This document shows positions 23,766 through 35,300 of a DNA stretch of 64,000 nt, piece after piece. How positions within the stretch are numbered: the first letter of the stretch is position 1; each line of letters starts with the position of its first letter. The translations under genes and the position numbers were made by a program. This stretch comes from Phoronis australis (lineage: Eukaryota; Animalia; Phoronida): the NCBI GenBank assembly GCA_002633005.1, contig NMRA01000013.1:1908403-1972402 (forward strand), in the 5' to 3' direction. Under the pieces are notes generated by a model. The model ran no database searches. It was not told the DNA's origin and saw nothing but the letters and a program-made list of their open reading frames with translations.

Positions 23766-26700
23766 ATGGCGAATATTTTACTTTTAAATTTTGAGTTTTT
23801 CCTAACATTTCTGTTAGTTTCTGATCTGGTCAGGTCATCTAAGACGGTAAGTGCACTTTCACAGGAATTAAATGTAGCGTTTTCAGACGCATGTGCCGGC
23901 CAACAAGTGAAGCTGCGTGTACAATCTGTGTATGTGCATACACAAAACACTCCAATAAAACAGCAGCAATGAAATTAAATGTTTAGCGTCAGGCTTGGCA
24001 TATTAGGTACAAACGGTGTTGACGTGTTTTTATCGAAAAGTGCTTAAACAAAGGGTAGAAACAATTCTATTGTAACGACCTTAGAATCTGGACCACAGAG
24101 CTGACACCATACCCGCGTTGCAAAGCCTTGAACCCGCCGCACCCCTAAACTCCACTGACGCATGAATTAACCTGCGAAAATGCTCCATAGACGGCATGGG
24201 TCTACCCATGAACAAAATGAATCCGGGAGACCACACTGGCCGCGCTGCGCCTCTTCAGCTGCGAACTATAAGTATGGTTGCAGTCACAGTGCTCCCAGGG
24301 CTATAGTTTAGTCACAGCGTGCGTTCGTTCTCGACACTTGCTGAGGCTTTAGAGGTGCGGGTCTGAAGATTTGTACCTAGCACATGATTTGTGTCTGTTG
24401 GCCCACACCTGGAGTTTAGGAGTGACTGAGCTGGACTTGAGAGGCGTGTACGCGGCCAATTGTTTCCACTCCTTGACTATTAGAGTCTCCAAGACAATTT
24501 AGACAGGTACCTTCTTGGAAGCGGGAATCGTGGCGTAAATAGAAAAACAAACTGAAGCGTCATGTGCCGTAAATTTATTCATTATGCATTTAGAAGGAGA
24601 CGGTGGGAACAGTGTCCACTTTCCAACTAGGTTTACTCCCGTGCTATCTTACTTTCATTTTCTACCATATCGTAACAATTAGGGCCGACGTCCAAGTTTA
24701 CTGGAATAAATTATACATGCATAATCACAACGTTTTTAAAAGACAACATAGAATGGTCATATACAACTCCGGATGAAACGGAGGCTCATACGTCAAAGTG
24801 TAAAACGTTTGCAAAGTGAGTTAAATTTATTTTGAAGAAAGGCATTACTTCGGATATGGGACACGCATGTGCACTTGGCCTCGTAATAGTGGTCAAAGAT
24901 TAGGCAAGATTTCGGCACTGATCAAAGATGTAGATTTAAACGTCTCAGTCTACTATATATATATGCATAAATTAAATGACCAGGATCGAGTAGTTAATGT
25001 TATCAAAAATATACCAATATTTGAAGTTGGGAAATTATCCGTTTGAGCAAACAATCAAATCTACGTTTTCCTTGAAAAAATTGTAACGCTTCATTTTACG
25101 CAACAATAGTAATGCCACTCAGTCAAAACCGACCTCGAATTTCCTCAGGACACGCTTTGGCCGGTCTATTCTAAGATGTCGTCAGTGGGAAGGGGTAACC
25201 ATAGATACAAAAATATGTATGTACTTGGGGACAAACGCAATTTTATAGTCCATGTTTATGTCGTCCTTAAAACAACAGCATACCAGCATCGCTTTTTCAT
25301 TGTCGTGTCCGCCAGTGGGTGTGGCCCAACTGGCTGAGTACCCGGCGCCCCTTAAATCCGCCTTGTGGTATGGTAGACCTGCACAAAAACTGAACTACCG
25401 CAATAAATGGACCTCTATGGAACAAAAATAACATCACAGAATTTCAGTGCATGTCCATGCAGAGAATAGACTTGAAAAACAATGGTCTTTGGTCTAAATC
25501 TTTTGAAAACTAAAAGAAAGATAATAACTGTTATTTTCTACGTTGAAACGAAAGCTGGAAAAGACAGACTACTCGACTCGTCTTTTAGAATGTCTGCAAA
25601 CCACCGTCAATTATGACTCAGTCATCTGTGAGTAGGAGCCCCTGTGGACTGCATTAACCAGGTCAGTCGAGATTCCTTGTTAAGTCCTCTTTGGTGTCTA
25701 TAGGAATTCCACATGAAAGGACAAAAAAGCGGCGACGTCGGGGAAACCAGGATGCTAGTAGCCTCTAGCCCTGATGAAGTCGCTTACTTACCCGTTTAAA
25801 AGGGTTGTAGAGAATACATAAATAAAGCTTAGTTTGTTTTTATTGTGCATGCGCGCACCCAGCCTAAAATATACGGGGGGCTCGAATCTTTCGGTATGCA
25901 GACCTTTTACTGAAAGAAATCAGCGATGACTAAAAAAAAAAAACAAAAAACGGGGGCCGCTAGGTTCAGGCCCACGGTTTGTGCAACCGTGCCGAATTCG
26001 CTTGAATTTTGTGAACTTCTGTCTCGTTTACTCGGACTTTTTTGTTTCACTGAGGCGGACCTTTTTGCCCGATTCGCCAAATTGGGGAGCTCCTTCGAGC
26101 CCCCCCCCCCGGGCCTGGGTGCGCCCATGTAGTGCAGGCCTACTCAGTGAAGTCTTCCGTATGAAGTATAATGATAACAATAATAGTAATAACAAAGACG
26201 ACGACAACAACAACAACAACAAAAAGAACAACAACAACAATAATAATATCATTATCATTACTATTATTATAACTTTTTATTATTAAAATTTTGATCATAA
26301 GTGTGCTGCCTGTATGTAAGTTTTACAGCAATGCTGCGCATTAGCGAACTAACACCAGTGCAACATACGCATATTGCTGTTACCGGGCGGAATTAGATAA
26401 TGAAAAACCGTTATTGTGACGAAGGGGCCAACCTGTGCCCTATTTAGCAGGCCCAGTCTTCGTTATCGAGATACTCGATGTAATTTGCATGACCAGTCAT
26501 GAGCCAGAAGAGATAACGGAGCCCTGCTAGGAAATGCTCTAATGAGTAAAAATGTTCGAAAATTTTATGTAATACTTCGCAGTGCCCTCATTTGACTAGA
26601 GTAGCTCTCGGGCTGAATGGATAATACAGATCCGATGAATATTTCAGAAAGATTTAAAACTTGCAAATTCAAAAAATCAAGAAGATTTGCTAATAAGTTA

Positions 26701-27977
26701 AAAATGTACAATCTCTCATCAGTTGAGGTCATCGACGAATCATTTTTTCGCTGTACAGGCGCCGAACGATCCCTACAGAAACGAAACCGACGTGGAAAGA
26801 GATACAGCATTACATGGCAACAAAAGCTTTCCATTCGTCACTTATTGCAGAAAACGTCTGTGCCGCGATCACGAACGGTGCGTGTATCACGTGACCATGG
26901 ACAGGAATCGTGCCGAGTGTTCGTCGAGATGCAACGAGTTTATTAAGTACGGGTGGTGCGGCAAAGACGGCATTTGTGTCCTCAACGACAAGTCGGTGCC
27001 ATTTTGCAGGTAGCAAAATTTCAATCTCTTGAAGGCACACTGGTAGTTGCTTTTGTCGGCCTAACTATAAGTAACCCCAAAGCAAGGGACATTTCATTTG
27101 TTCACTACCGATAAGCCTGTACATTCCTGTAACCATCACAAACTTAAGCACCCCAATGTACGATCGTGACCCCGTCAAACGCTGTTCTGCTCAGTCACTC
27201 ACGCTAATTAAAGATGCGCCGCTTGTTCCGTCTGACCAAAAGTTCATGACGAGGATCACTGGTGGTAAAATATTATATTTTAACATTTCAGATGTGAAAA
27301 TGACGACCACTTGAACATAAGCGTGGGAGCTGGCATTTACATACCTCGTTGCATCTCGAAGTACTCCATTCTCATACTTGTGGCGATCTTAGTTGTTACT
27401 GTGTTGTTGTTACCTGCGACTGTCATGTTAATTTGCACCACAAGGAGGCGCTGTAGTCGAAATAGACTCACTGGAGCGGTACGTCTCTTCTTGACTTCAT
27501 GTAATAGTAAAAACGTCACTATGGTAACTGGTAAAAACACCAGACCGGTGATTTAGACCATTCACCTCTCGCTCCCACATGAATAAAATGAAGTAGCCTA
27601 AAAACGACCAGCTCAACACTACATGCGACTGCTTCGCCGAGTTGTATTTTGGGACCAATGTTGCATAGGTCAGTCGTTGACTAAAATAAAACGTTAACAG
27701 AGCAGTGGTCGAATTGTAAGCCGCATAAGCCAACACAATGGATTGGTACTTTCTGACTAGGAGATAGTCCAATGGCCACACGCATGAGACCGAACCTTTT
27801 GTCACCCCATATAATTGCAAGTGAGCGTTCAACGGCGTTAGAACGGGGCTGAGGTTGAATTATTACTGTTGGCATTTTTATTCGTTTTAGTTCCTTCAAA
27901 TGTGGCCGTTAAGATCGCTGGAAGTTGATTACAGACGGGTGGCATCAGTTCGAGAGGATGAAAACACCCAATTGTAA
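23766..27977 (+). CDS. Small type I membrane protein with EGF-like modules (IMPG/mucin-like juxtamembrane region), about 201 aa
   Basis: Exons 23766-23846 (signal peptide MANILLLNFEFFLTFLLVSDLVRSSKT|GTAAGT), 26759-27009 (Cys-rich: CRKRLCRDHERCVY...CSSRCNEFIKYGWCGKDGICVLNDKSVPFCR), 27292-27478 (CEND...IYIPRC, TM ILILVAILVVTVLLLPATVMLIC, stop-transfer TTRRR) and 27891-27977 (FLQMWPLRSLEVDYRRVASVREDENTQL*). Intron phases 0/2/0 are consistent. An ATTAAA poly(A) signal lies at ~28112. Confidence 0.75.
25848..26129. mobile_element. MITE with GC-rich terminal inverted repeats (intron 1 of the EGF-TM gene)
   Basis: The left end CATGCGCGCACCCAGCC...GGGGGGCTCGAA is an inverted match to the right end TTCGAGCCCCCCCCCC..GGCCTGGGTGCGCCCATG. 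Confidence 0.6.
26168..26285. repeat. Compound (AAC/AAT/ATT)n microsatellite
   Basis: Runs of aacaacaac, aataat and attatt. Confidence 0.9.
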
Positions 27978-28425
27978 CACAGTATGTAATTACTCTGACG
28001 GGTCTCGAGGCATTTTTACTGCTGAAGGCCTCATCATATCGAGTAGGTGCAGTCACGTCAGACTGAGAGGCTGTCACTTCACCACTTGAAGAACGGCGCT
28101 ATGAAGATGCTATTAAAAACTTGAATGTGACAACTGGTGCAGCCGATCACTGCTAAAATTTTGTGCGCAACAAGTTTCAAGTTATTTTCTAAAATAACAG
28201 CCACGTGGTAACAGAAGAAATCTCGAATTTATCTCAGCAGACAGGCAGACCATAGGGCCTACACGAAATGACATTTCCGTAATTAAAAACCACTTAGGGT
28301 AACTTTTGAAACGGTAATACTAAATTTGTGATTCAATGGTGGTCGAGTCTGACATGAGAACAAATTGTAATCGTGAGTCACTAAGATGTCAATATTACTT
28401 CCCCCTGTCTGGATAGATTACAAAC

Positions 28426-28566
28426 TAGGCCTGCGTTCAGTAACGCTATGACCTACGCTAGGACCTAAAGCTAAAATCTAACCAAACTCGTTCAATATCT
28501 CACGTAATCTCGCGAAGTCTTGCTTTTTAGCGATGTCCTGGCGTTACTGAACGGGAGTCAGGCCTA
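28426..28566. mobile_element. Small TA-flanked MITE (Tc1/mariner-type termini)
   Basis: TAGGCCTGCGTTCAGTAACGCTATGAC... and ...GTCCTGGCGTTACTGAACGGGAGTCAGGCCTA are inverted repeats bounded by TA. Confidence 0.6.
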
Positions 28567-28634
28567 TTTACTATTTGAGGCCACTCAGGTGTCTGTGAAA
28601 TCGGAAATATGGCACATGCACTCACTTGTGGCGA

Positions 28635-28902
28635 ATGGGCCCTTTCATTTTTTCTACATTTGTCGTGAAGTTGAGGTGATTTGGTCGTCAATGGGCGCAA
28701 ATCCTAGGAATTCTTCGGCTTGTCTAACATGAAGTTTAAATACTTCCAAGTTGCTGCTGACCCCGTTTCGTACTGTACTTGTATGTGGCTAAATCGAAAA
28801 TTGAACTCAGGTCTCACATAAAGCGTGAGCATCAGTGTCTAATGAAAATGCCTCTGAGTTTTTTTGTGTTTTGCCAACTCTAAAATTGTGAAAAGGGCCC
28901 AT
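28635..28902. mobile_element. Possible MITE with short TIRs
   Basis: ATGGGCCCTTTCA at the left end and TGAAAAGGGCCCAT at the right end. Confidence 0.4.
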
Positions 28903-29781
28903 GTACACGTAGTGTGACTTGAGGTGTAACGGAAATGGAATTCCCGGCACCACGGTAAGGAACATTATGGCAATAGTTTTATGAGAGTAAAGGCTAAATT
29001 GATTTTCGTTATTAGCTAGCTATACAGGGCGAAATGAAACTTTACAATTCCATTTTTAATTACAAAATGTACATAATCATTCACTTAATAAACGATCTAC
29101 TATTATTTTGGTATATTGTATTTCAAGTGTAGATATCGTTATATAACGTAAGTAGAGATGACTTGGGATTATTGTATCAAATGCGTGATATACAAGTCGG
29201 TTTAAACAAGGACTCGTATGAGGGGGGGGGGGAGGTTGTTGGATACTCCGCGAGCACCCCTTCCATCAATTGAGAAGTTGTCTCTTGTTTAAAACTTTTG
29301 GATCCGCCACTGAGTAGTGAATCGCTGCAGAAAAATAAAGAGCACCCTATCCTTTCTCGACATTTCCTTTTTCACAGCGTTTTAGGTAAACTCTCACAAA
29401 GAGCCAATCCGATGAACTGCTATTCAACAACCATTTTACTACAAGCCAACATGTGAGTACTTTGTCCTGTGAAGTTGCACCTCGCATCCGGATTCAGGCC
29501 CACGCGTTTTGCAATGACGGTGCACGAGGACGTAATTAGTTCACGCATTCTACGTGCACACTCCACGGGCGCAATAGATGTTGAAGATGTTGCCTGAGGG
29601 CACCAACTAGGAAAACAATATTTTTTCTCTGCTACCGAGTTTGAAGAGATAAAGGAACGATGAATGTCATTAAAATTTGTGAACTCAGGAAAAGAGCCAC
29701 ATTTAAAGTCGGGCATTACCCCCAAATTTCACCCGCACATGTTCCGGTCCTTTGGGATCCATGGGCACGAAACTTTCTCAA

Positions 29782-29946
29782 CCAATTACTTTGCTCAGCC
29801 GTATCAAAATGTTGTAAGATGTTGACCAGGACATCCAATTACTTTGCTCAGCTGTATCAAAATGTTGTAAGATGTTGACCAGGACATCCAATTACTTTGC
29901 TCAGCAGTATCAAAATGTTGTAAGATGTTGACCAGGACATCCAATT
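29782..29946. repeat. Minisatellite, 53-bp unit x3
   Basis: CCAATTACTTTGCTCAGC(C/T/A)GTATCAAAATGTTGTAAGATGTTGACCAGGACAT at 29782, 29835 and 29888. Confidence 0.95.
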
Positions 29947-31100
29947 TGATATTAATAATTTTGAATAAGAACTCCTCCAAAAATTAAATTCCAAGCCGCG
30001 CACTTAGTAAAGGACGAGAAGAAGCCTACTGCTCATGTAAGTGGAGCATAGTCGCTATATGACAAATATTTGTGCAAAATTGTGTTTGAAAAATATCCAT
30101 TAATTCGGAGATAGGCAATTAATTATGGCTACGCGTTTTCCTGCCATTGTTGTAATGACAACTAATCCTTGCCAACACGGAACAATACACACTTATATCA
30201 GTGACATGTATTTAGTTACATGACACAGAGGATCTCTTCCTTGTCATCAACAGGGGTAAATATACAACAGCCACCCAGAGAGACGGATGTTACTAGAGGG
30301 GGGGGGGGTGCGTCGTCCCCCGGGAGGCAAACCCCGGAGAGGCATTCACTCTTGGTTCATGGGTAATTTGAAAACTGCACACGTTATACGTACGTCACGC
30401 GTTTTACTTTAGGGTATGATTTTGACCTTTAAGTGGATATTTTTCAGGAAATTCGTTTAATTAGGAAGCCACAAAGTTGTAATGGCAAAATCACTCTTTA
30501 GCGGGTATGAAAGAAACGTAAGGAACTCCTACCGCAGGTTGTGAATAATATGGAGAAACACAAGGCGACTCTGCGGAAAATAGTATCACTTCGCGCGCTC
30601 GGGACTCGGTAGAGGGAACAAACACACTGAAACTTAAAACTTAATTATCATTTCGTCTATTTGGAGAGTGAAAACGAGGACAAGATTCACTTTATCAGGG
30701 TCGAGTTTGAGGAAAGGTCATTTTAGAGTCCTTTTCTGAGGGTACAATTTGAAAATGCGCCGTTGTCCTGGCGAATCTGTGCCAGATTGTGCCCCCGAGC
30801 TACAAAACACAAAAATGGGGCGACACCATAATTTGACATTCCCCGGTAGATACGTCCCCCCCCCGGTCACCACAATTTTCACATGACTGTCTTCGAGCTA
30901 CCGGTCTCGTTGCCCCGCCGTGAATTTTCACAATCTCCTGTTGAGTTCGGAAAAGGGGCGCATTAATATTAAAGGTCATTTCATTAAAAATGGTAAACAG
31001 TGACAGTTAAAGCGATATCACATAAACCCGGGCAAAAACAAGTTTTTATTGAGGTCACGTGCCGCTATAAATTGGTCTTATCTTGATAGTTACTCATTGT

Positions 31101-31184
31101 TAGAATATAAATAGGTAAATAAAACAACAAGAATGGATCAACTGAAAATTTCGGATGTAATAAAGTCCTTTGTCAACAGAAACA
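31101..31184 (+). repeat. Dispersed repeat fragment, second copy at 42075-42159
   Basis: TAGAATATAAATAGGTAAATAAAACAACAAGAATGGATCAACTGAA..TTTCGGATGTA.TAA.GTCCTTTGTCAACAGAAACAG is near-identical at both sites. Confidence 0.9.
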
Positions 31185-32365
31185 GTGTTAGAAGAACTGA
31201 TACTTACTTCATCCGAAGAAATAACTTTCTACCAGTTCTTTCCGAGCCCACGAATCACACCTTTGTTGACTGAGGAAGAATTTGACATTAGTTTCATAAC
31301 GGCAAGTGTCCTTTATCAAAACTTGTTTTTTATCGATAGCACGAGCTGGCGTTTCGTTAATCCCAGTCGATTTCCGTCCTTAACGTAAAAGGTTCTTAGT
31401 GCACGGTTTCGCCAAAACATTATGACTGCTCCGTGAGCGACGTCTCTTCTTACGAATAAAAGATGTGATAAAAGACAGCATGACACAACGAACCCTCTCC
31501 ATCACTTGTGGTCTCTAAATATGAAAGGACATACTATATCTCAGTAAGTTACACAGGACTGAAACAGAGAGAAGTGATGATATATCACCAGTGCCACCCC
31601 CCCCCCCCTCCGTCACGTGTCGAGTGAAATACAAAACACAAAAAGAGAGTGCCAGATGAATCCATTACCCCTTTTCATGCCGGAAGGGGACCCTTGAGGA
31701 ACAATTTTGTATTATTCAAAAAATTGTTTTTTTTATTAAAAATTCTGAATAAATTTGCTCTGAAAATCTGTGCAAATCAAGTTTTCTCGAACTGCTTAGA
31801 AGTACGTATGATTAAGAGCTTGCTAGTAAAGTGGATCTGCCCTGGAAAACATTCGAGGCCCGCGACCAAAAATGCCCTGGCCAGAGGCCTCAAAGACGCA
31901 GCGCCGTGACGTAGTCGGTAGCTCACTAATGCTCTCTTTTAAAAATGTGACTCTTCTACATGTTTCGCTGTATCTTTCTTTTCTAGATTGTCCCGTTCCT
32001 CTTGACCCACGTCTACCCGACTCCTGCAAATTATAGGGAAGTCAAACAGAATCCAGAGCAAAGGGGATCCCTTGGTAAAAAACGCGTGCTTGTAGTGAAG
32101 GCGGTTTGGTCTTTGCTAGCAGCAGATAAAACACATCACGTGACCAGTGACGTAGAACCAAAACAAGGTACAGCTAAACAACATGGAGGTCGGGAGTGCG
32201 TGCTTTCCAGATACGTTTTCATTGAAAATATCATTTACAGCAATAGTTTCTGCACTGGTTCGCATTTGATTTGACACCAAACGGATTACTAGACTGCCAC
32301 ATGTGTGCCATTTTGTGCATTTTGGAAGTTTACTTTCAAAAATTCACACAACATTAGTCGACAGA

Positions 32366-35300
32366 ATGAGGTCGCTAGTCACAACATGGCCGTACTTTCT
32401 ATTCGTTTTGACCCTGATATTTGTTTTGTTGCGAGTGACAGTGTGCGCAGATAGTTTGACTTCGGAAGACGAGCAGAGACAAAAAAATGACAAAGACGTA
32501 ACTGCTGTACTTCATGTCACCTTATTGGATACGCAAACATCGCGAGAAATTAAAGGCGTGTTCGCTCAGAATAGTTTAACAGTGGGTGCGTCTGGATTGG
32601 TTGTTCACGTCAGGGATGAATCGAACAGCTCGCTGGGGTGTAGTAAACCCGTTAACCATATACCTCCAAACACAAAGTGGATTGCTCTTATGCAGAGAGG
32701 AGGGTGCAAGTTTCATGACAAGATACATAACGCCGCCAAGTTGAGAGGTGCCTCTGCGGTGGTCGTTTATAACAATATAGGTGGGCCTGAAGTGCGCATC
32801 ATGAAAATGGAGCACAAGGGTAAGTGGAGGACACAGTCAACCATGGATATATCCAACCATGTGTAGTGCTGATGTGTAACTAATGTTGTGTGCCTGGTTA
32901 GTAGTAAGTCTTCTGGAATAGCATACGCTGCATGGGATTAGGTGGTGACACAATTCTAATATGCAACTTGTACGACAGAAAAAATTCACCGTGACTGAAC
33001 CAACATAACGTAGAATTGTCTTGAGGACTTGACAGGGACCTCAGGGGTCTCACACTCCGCTGATTTATCCACATTATTTTGAAAACGCTTTGCCCAATCG
33101 CACATTGGGTGTCATAAAAGAGATAAGCATACCTGCAGCTGACGTAGCAAGTAGAACTACTCTCGTTTGTCACATTGGTGTAGACTCACAGTTGAATTAT
33201 GGTTTTCTGTTGACCCCAGACTGTCCCGAGTTGCACCATGTACCAACTCCGGACGGTCTCTCACGACGATTTAGCGTTATGAAAGTCAGCTTGCTATAAG
33301 CACATTTTGAGTTAAGAGGGATGCTGCTGATTTCTTGATCTTTCTAGCATGAACAAATACTCTGCTCGAGATCAGACTGAAACATAAAGAGGGCTTTGAC
33401 AAGGTCACCCGTCTGCGAGTGCCTGCCATGCCAAGAGGAGGCAGCACAGACGGGAGAACTGTCTAGCCTGAGAAAAGACTTCAGTCTAGAGCATTCCAGA
33501 ATACTAATTATGGTGACCTTGATAAATACACGCCAGTGCTTGATTTGGCGACCTTAGGTTGTATTTTACCAAGTCGCTGCTACGAGTATCAAAATCAGAC
33601 AACAATTTCCCCGAAAGTCATTTCAAAGTTTCTGTTGACTTTCAAACTTTAAATTACTACTACTTTTCCCAGATTTGATACCTTTGGTTCACAATTGTTC
33701 CATTAATTTCATGAGACCAGTGCATTTACCACCACAGCAGTCAGCACACATCAAACATGCGCTTAAATTCCAACAGGAAGTAAACAGATGAAAGTCGTAA
33801 TTTTGACAAAAATCTGGGAAGACTTGTGGAACACGCACCTCCAGTCAACGATTTTGACCTTCATTTTGGCGACCTCAGGTTTCCTTTGGTGACCTGGGAT
33901 TTTCTCCAAGTCGCCCAGATATGACTTGGCGTCTAGCTTAGTGTCGAGCACTACACACATTGCTGAATACCTGGTTGGACTAGAAAGTGAAACGCTTAGG
34001 CAAATGTTCGCAGTATGCCAAAAGTACTCTAACAGCTCCTCTAAACAACCAAAGACTAATGGCCTCTTGCTACATACACCTGATATATAACAATGGCTAG
34101 ATCACGCACAACAGCATCAAACTTATCCGAACACATTGACTTCATATCGGCAGGTCCTGGTTGACGCTAATCTGAGCCGTGGGCACCTATTGCCGCTTAA
34201 TTGAAAGTTGTCAAAAGTAGAGGGTGGGCAGCATGTATTTGGCATTCGCACTGTACTTCTTGCCTGTTTGGATTTTCACTTGTGGTGATCACTGCGTACC
34301 ATTGTGTCACGCGCAGATTCTTTCTGCCCTGGCTGAAATGCAGTACCTTATCAACAAAGTCAGAGTATTTATTCAAATATGAATTTACAATGCAATTTAC
34401 CATTGTAAAAGTTTTATTTTTTCTGAAAGTAGAAAGCCTGTAGAATTTGATTTTTGACTTTGAATGCCAATCTGTCATTAATTGAGGCTATTGAACATGT
34501 TGTGTTAGTAAAATTTAGCAAAAAAGAAAGGTACACTCAACAATAACAATGTCTTGAGCGAAGTTCATTTGAGAAGTAATGTAGGTGAAATCTCAAAAAG
34601 GCTGTTAGCTTTATAAATTATGATTTAATTTCTATTCACACAAATTTTGAGTTTTTTCATGAGAATCCAATCATCCATTTCTGAGACAGAAATTGTTCCT
34701 ACCTTGAAATTGTTCCTACCTTGAAATTGCCGAATAAATATTTACAGTAAAAATACTTAACATTCAGTAAAAATTATTGCAAAAATTGCCATATTTCTAT
34801 TTTTCAAAGGCTTACCACATTGTTGTAAGTGCTCAGAATTTAATTAGCTACACAATACAAACCATGCAAAAAGCAAGGATTTTTTTCTGATAAGTTATTT
34901 TTGCTGAAAAATTTGACTAATTAGAATTTTACATGTCCACCCTGTTGTGTCCTTAATTGAAGAATGTTTACAATATACTTTTAAGCGCATCACTGTCTAG
35001 AAATGACTAAGGAGGTATCTCAGTGATTAGCAACTATATGTATATTTTCAGAGGCGTTGCATTTTTGCTCAAGTTAGATTTAATTATTTTCAGAAATAGT
35101 TGTGTGGGTAGGGCTAAAGTTCTGAGTTGTGTGCAAGTTGTGTCCAGACATTTACCTGGCCTCAGTTGTTACCTTTTTAGTTCACCTGTGTGTTGATCCC
35201 GTTTCTGTAGTCAAGAATGTGATCTGAGCTTGTGGATCTGTTTTGATCAGGTGTGACGGTTATGGATTCGGGTCAGGGAAGATATTTATATAATTGCTGC

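Noticed and set aside
25907-26286. Overlapping ORFs with poly-Asn or poly-Leu
   Set aside because: They derive from a MITE and an AAC/AAT microsatellite and are not coding.
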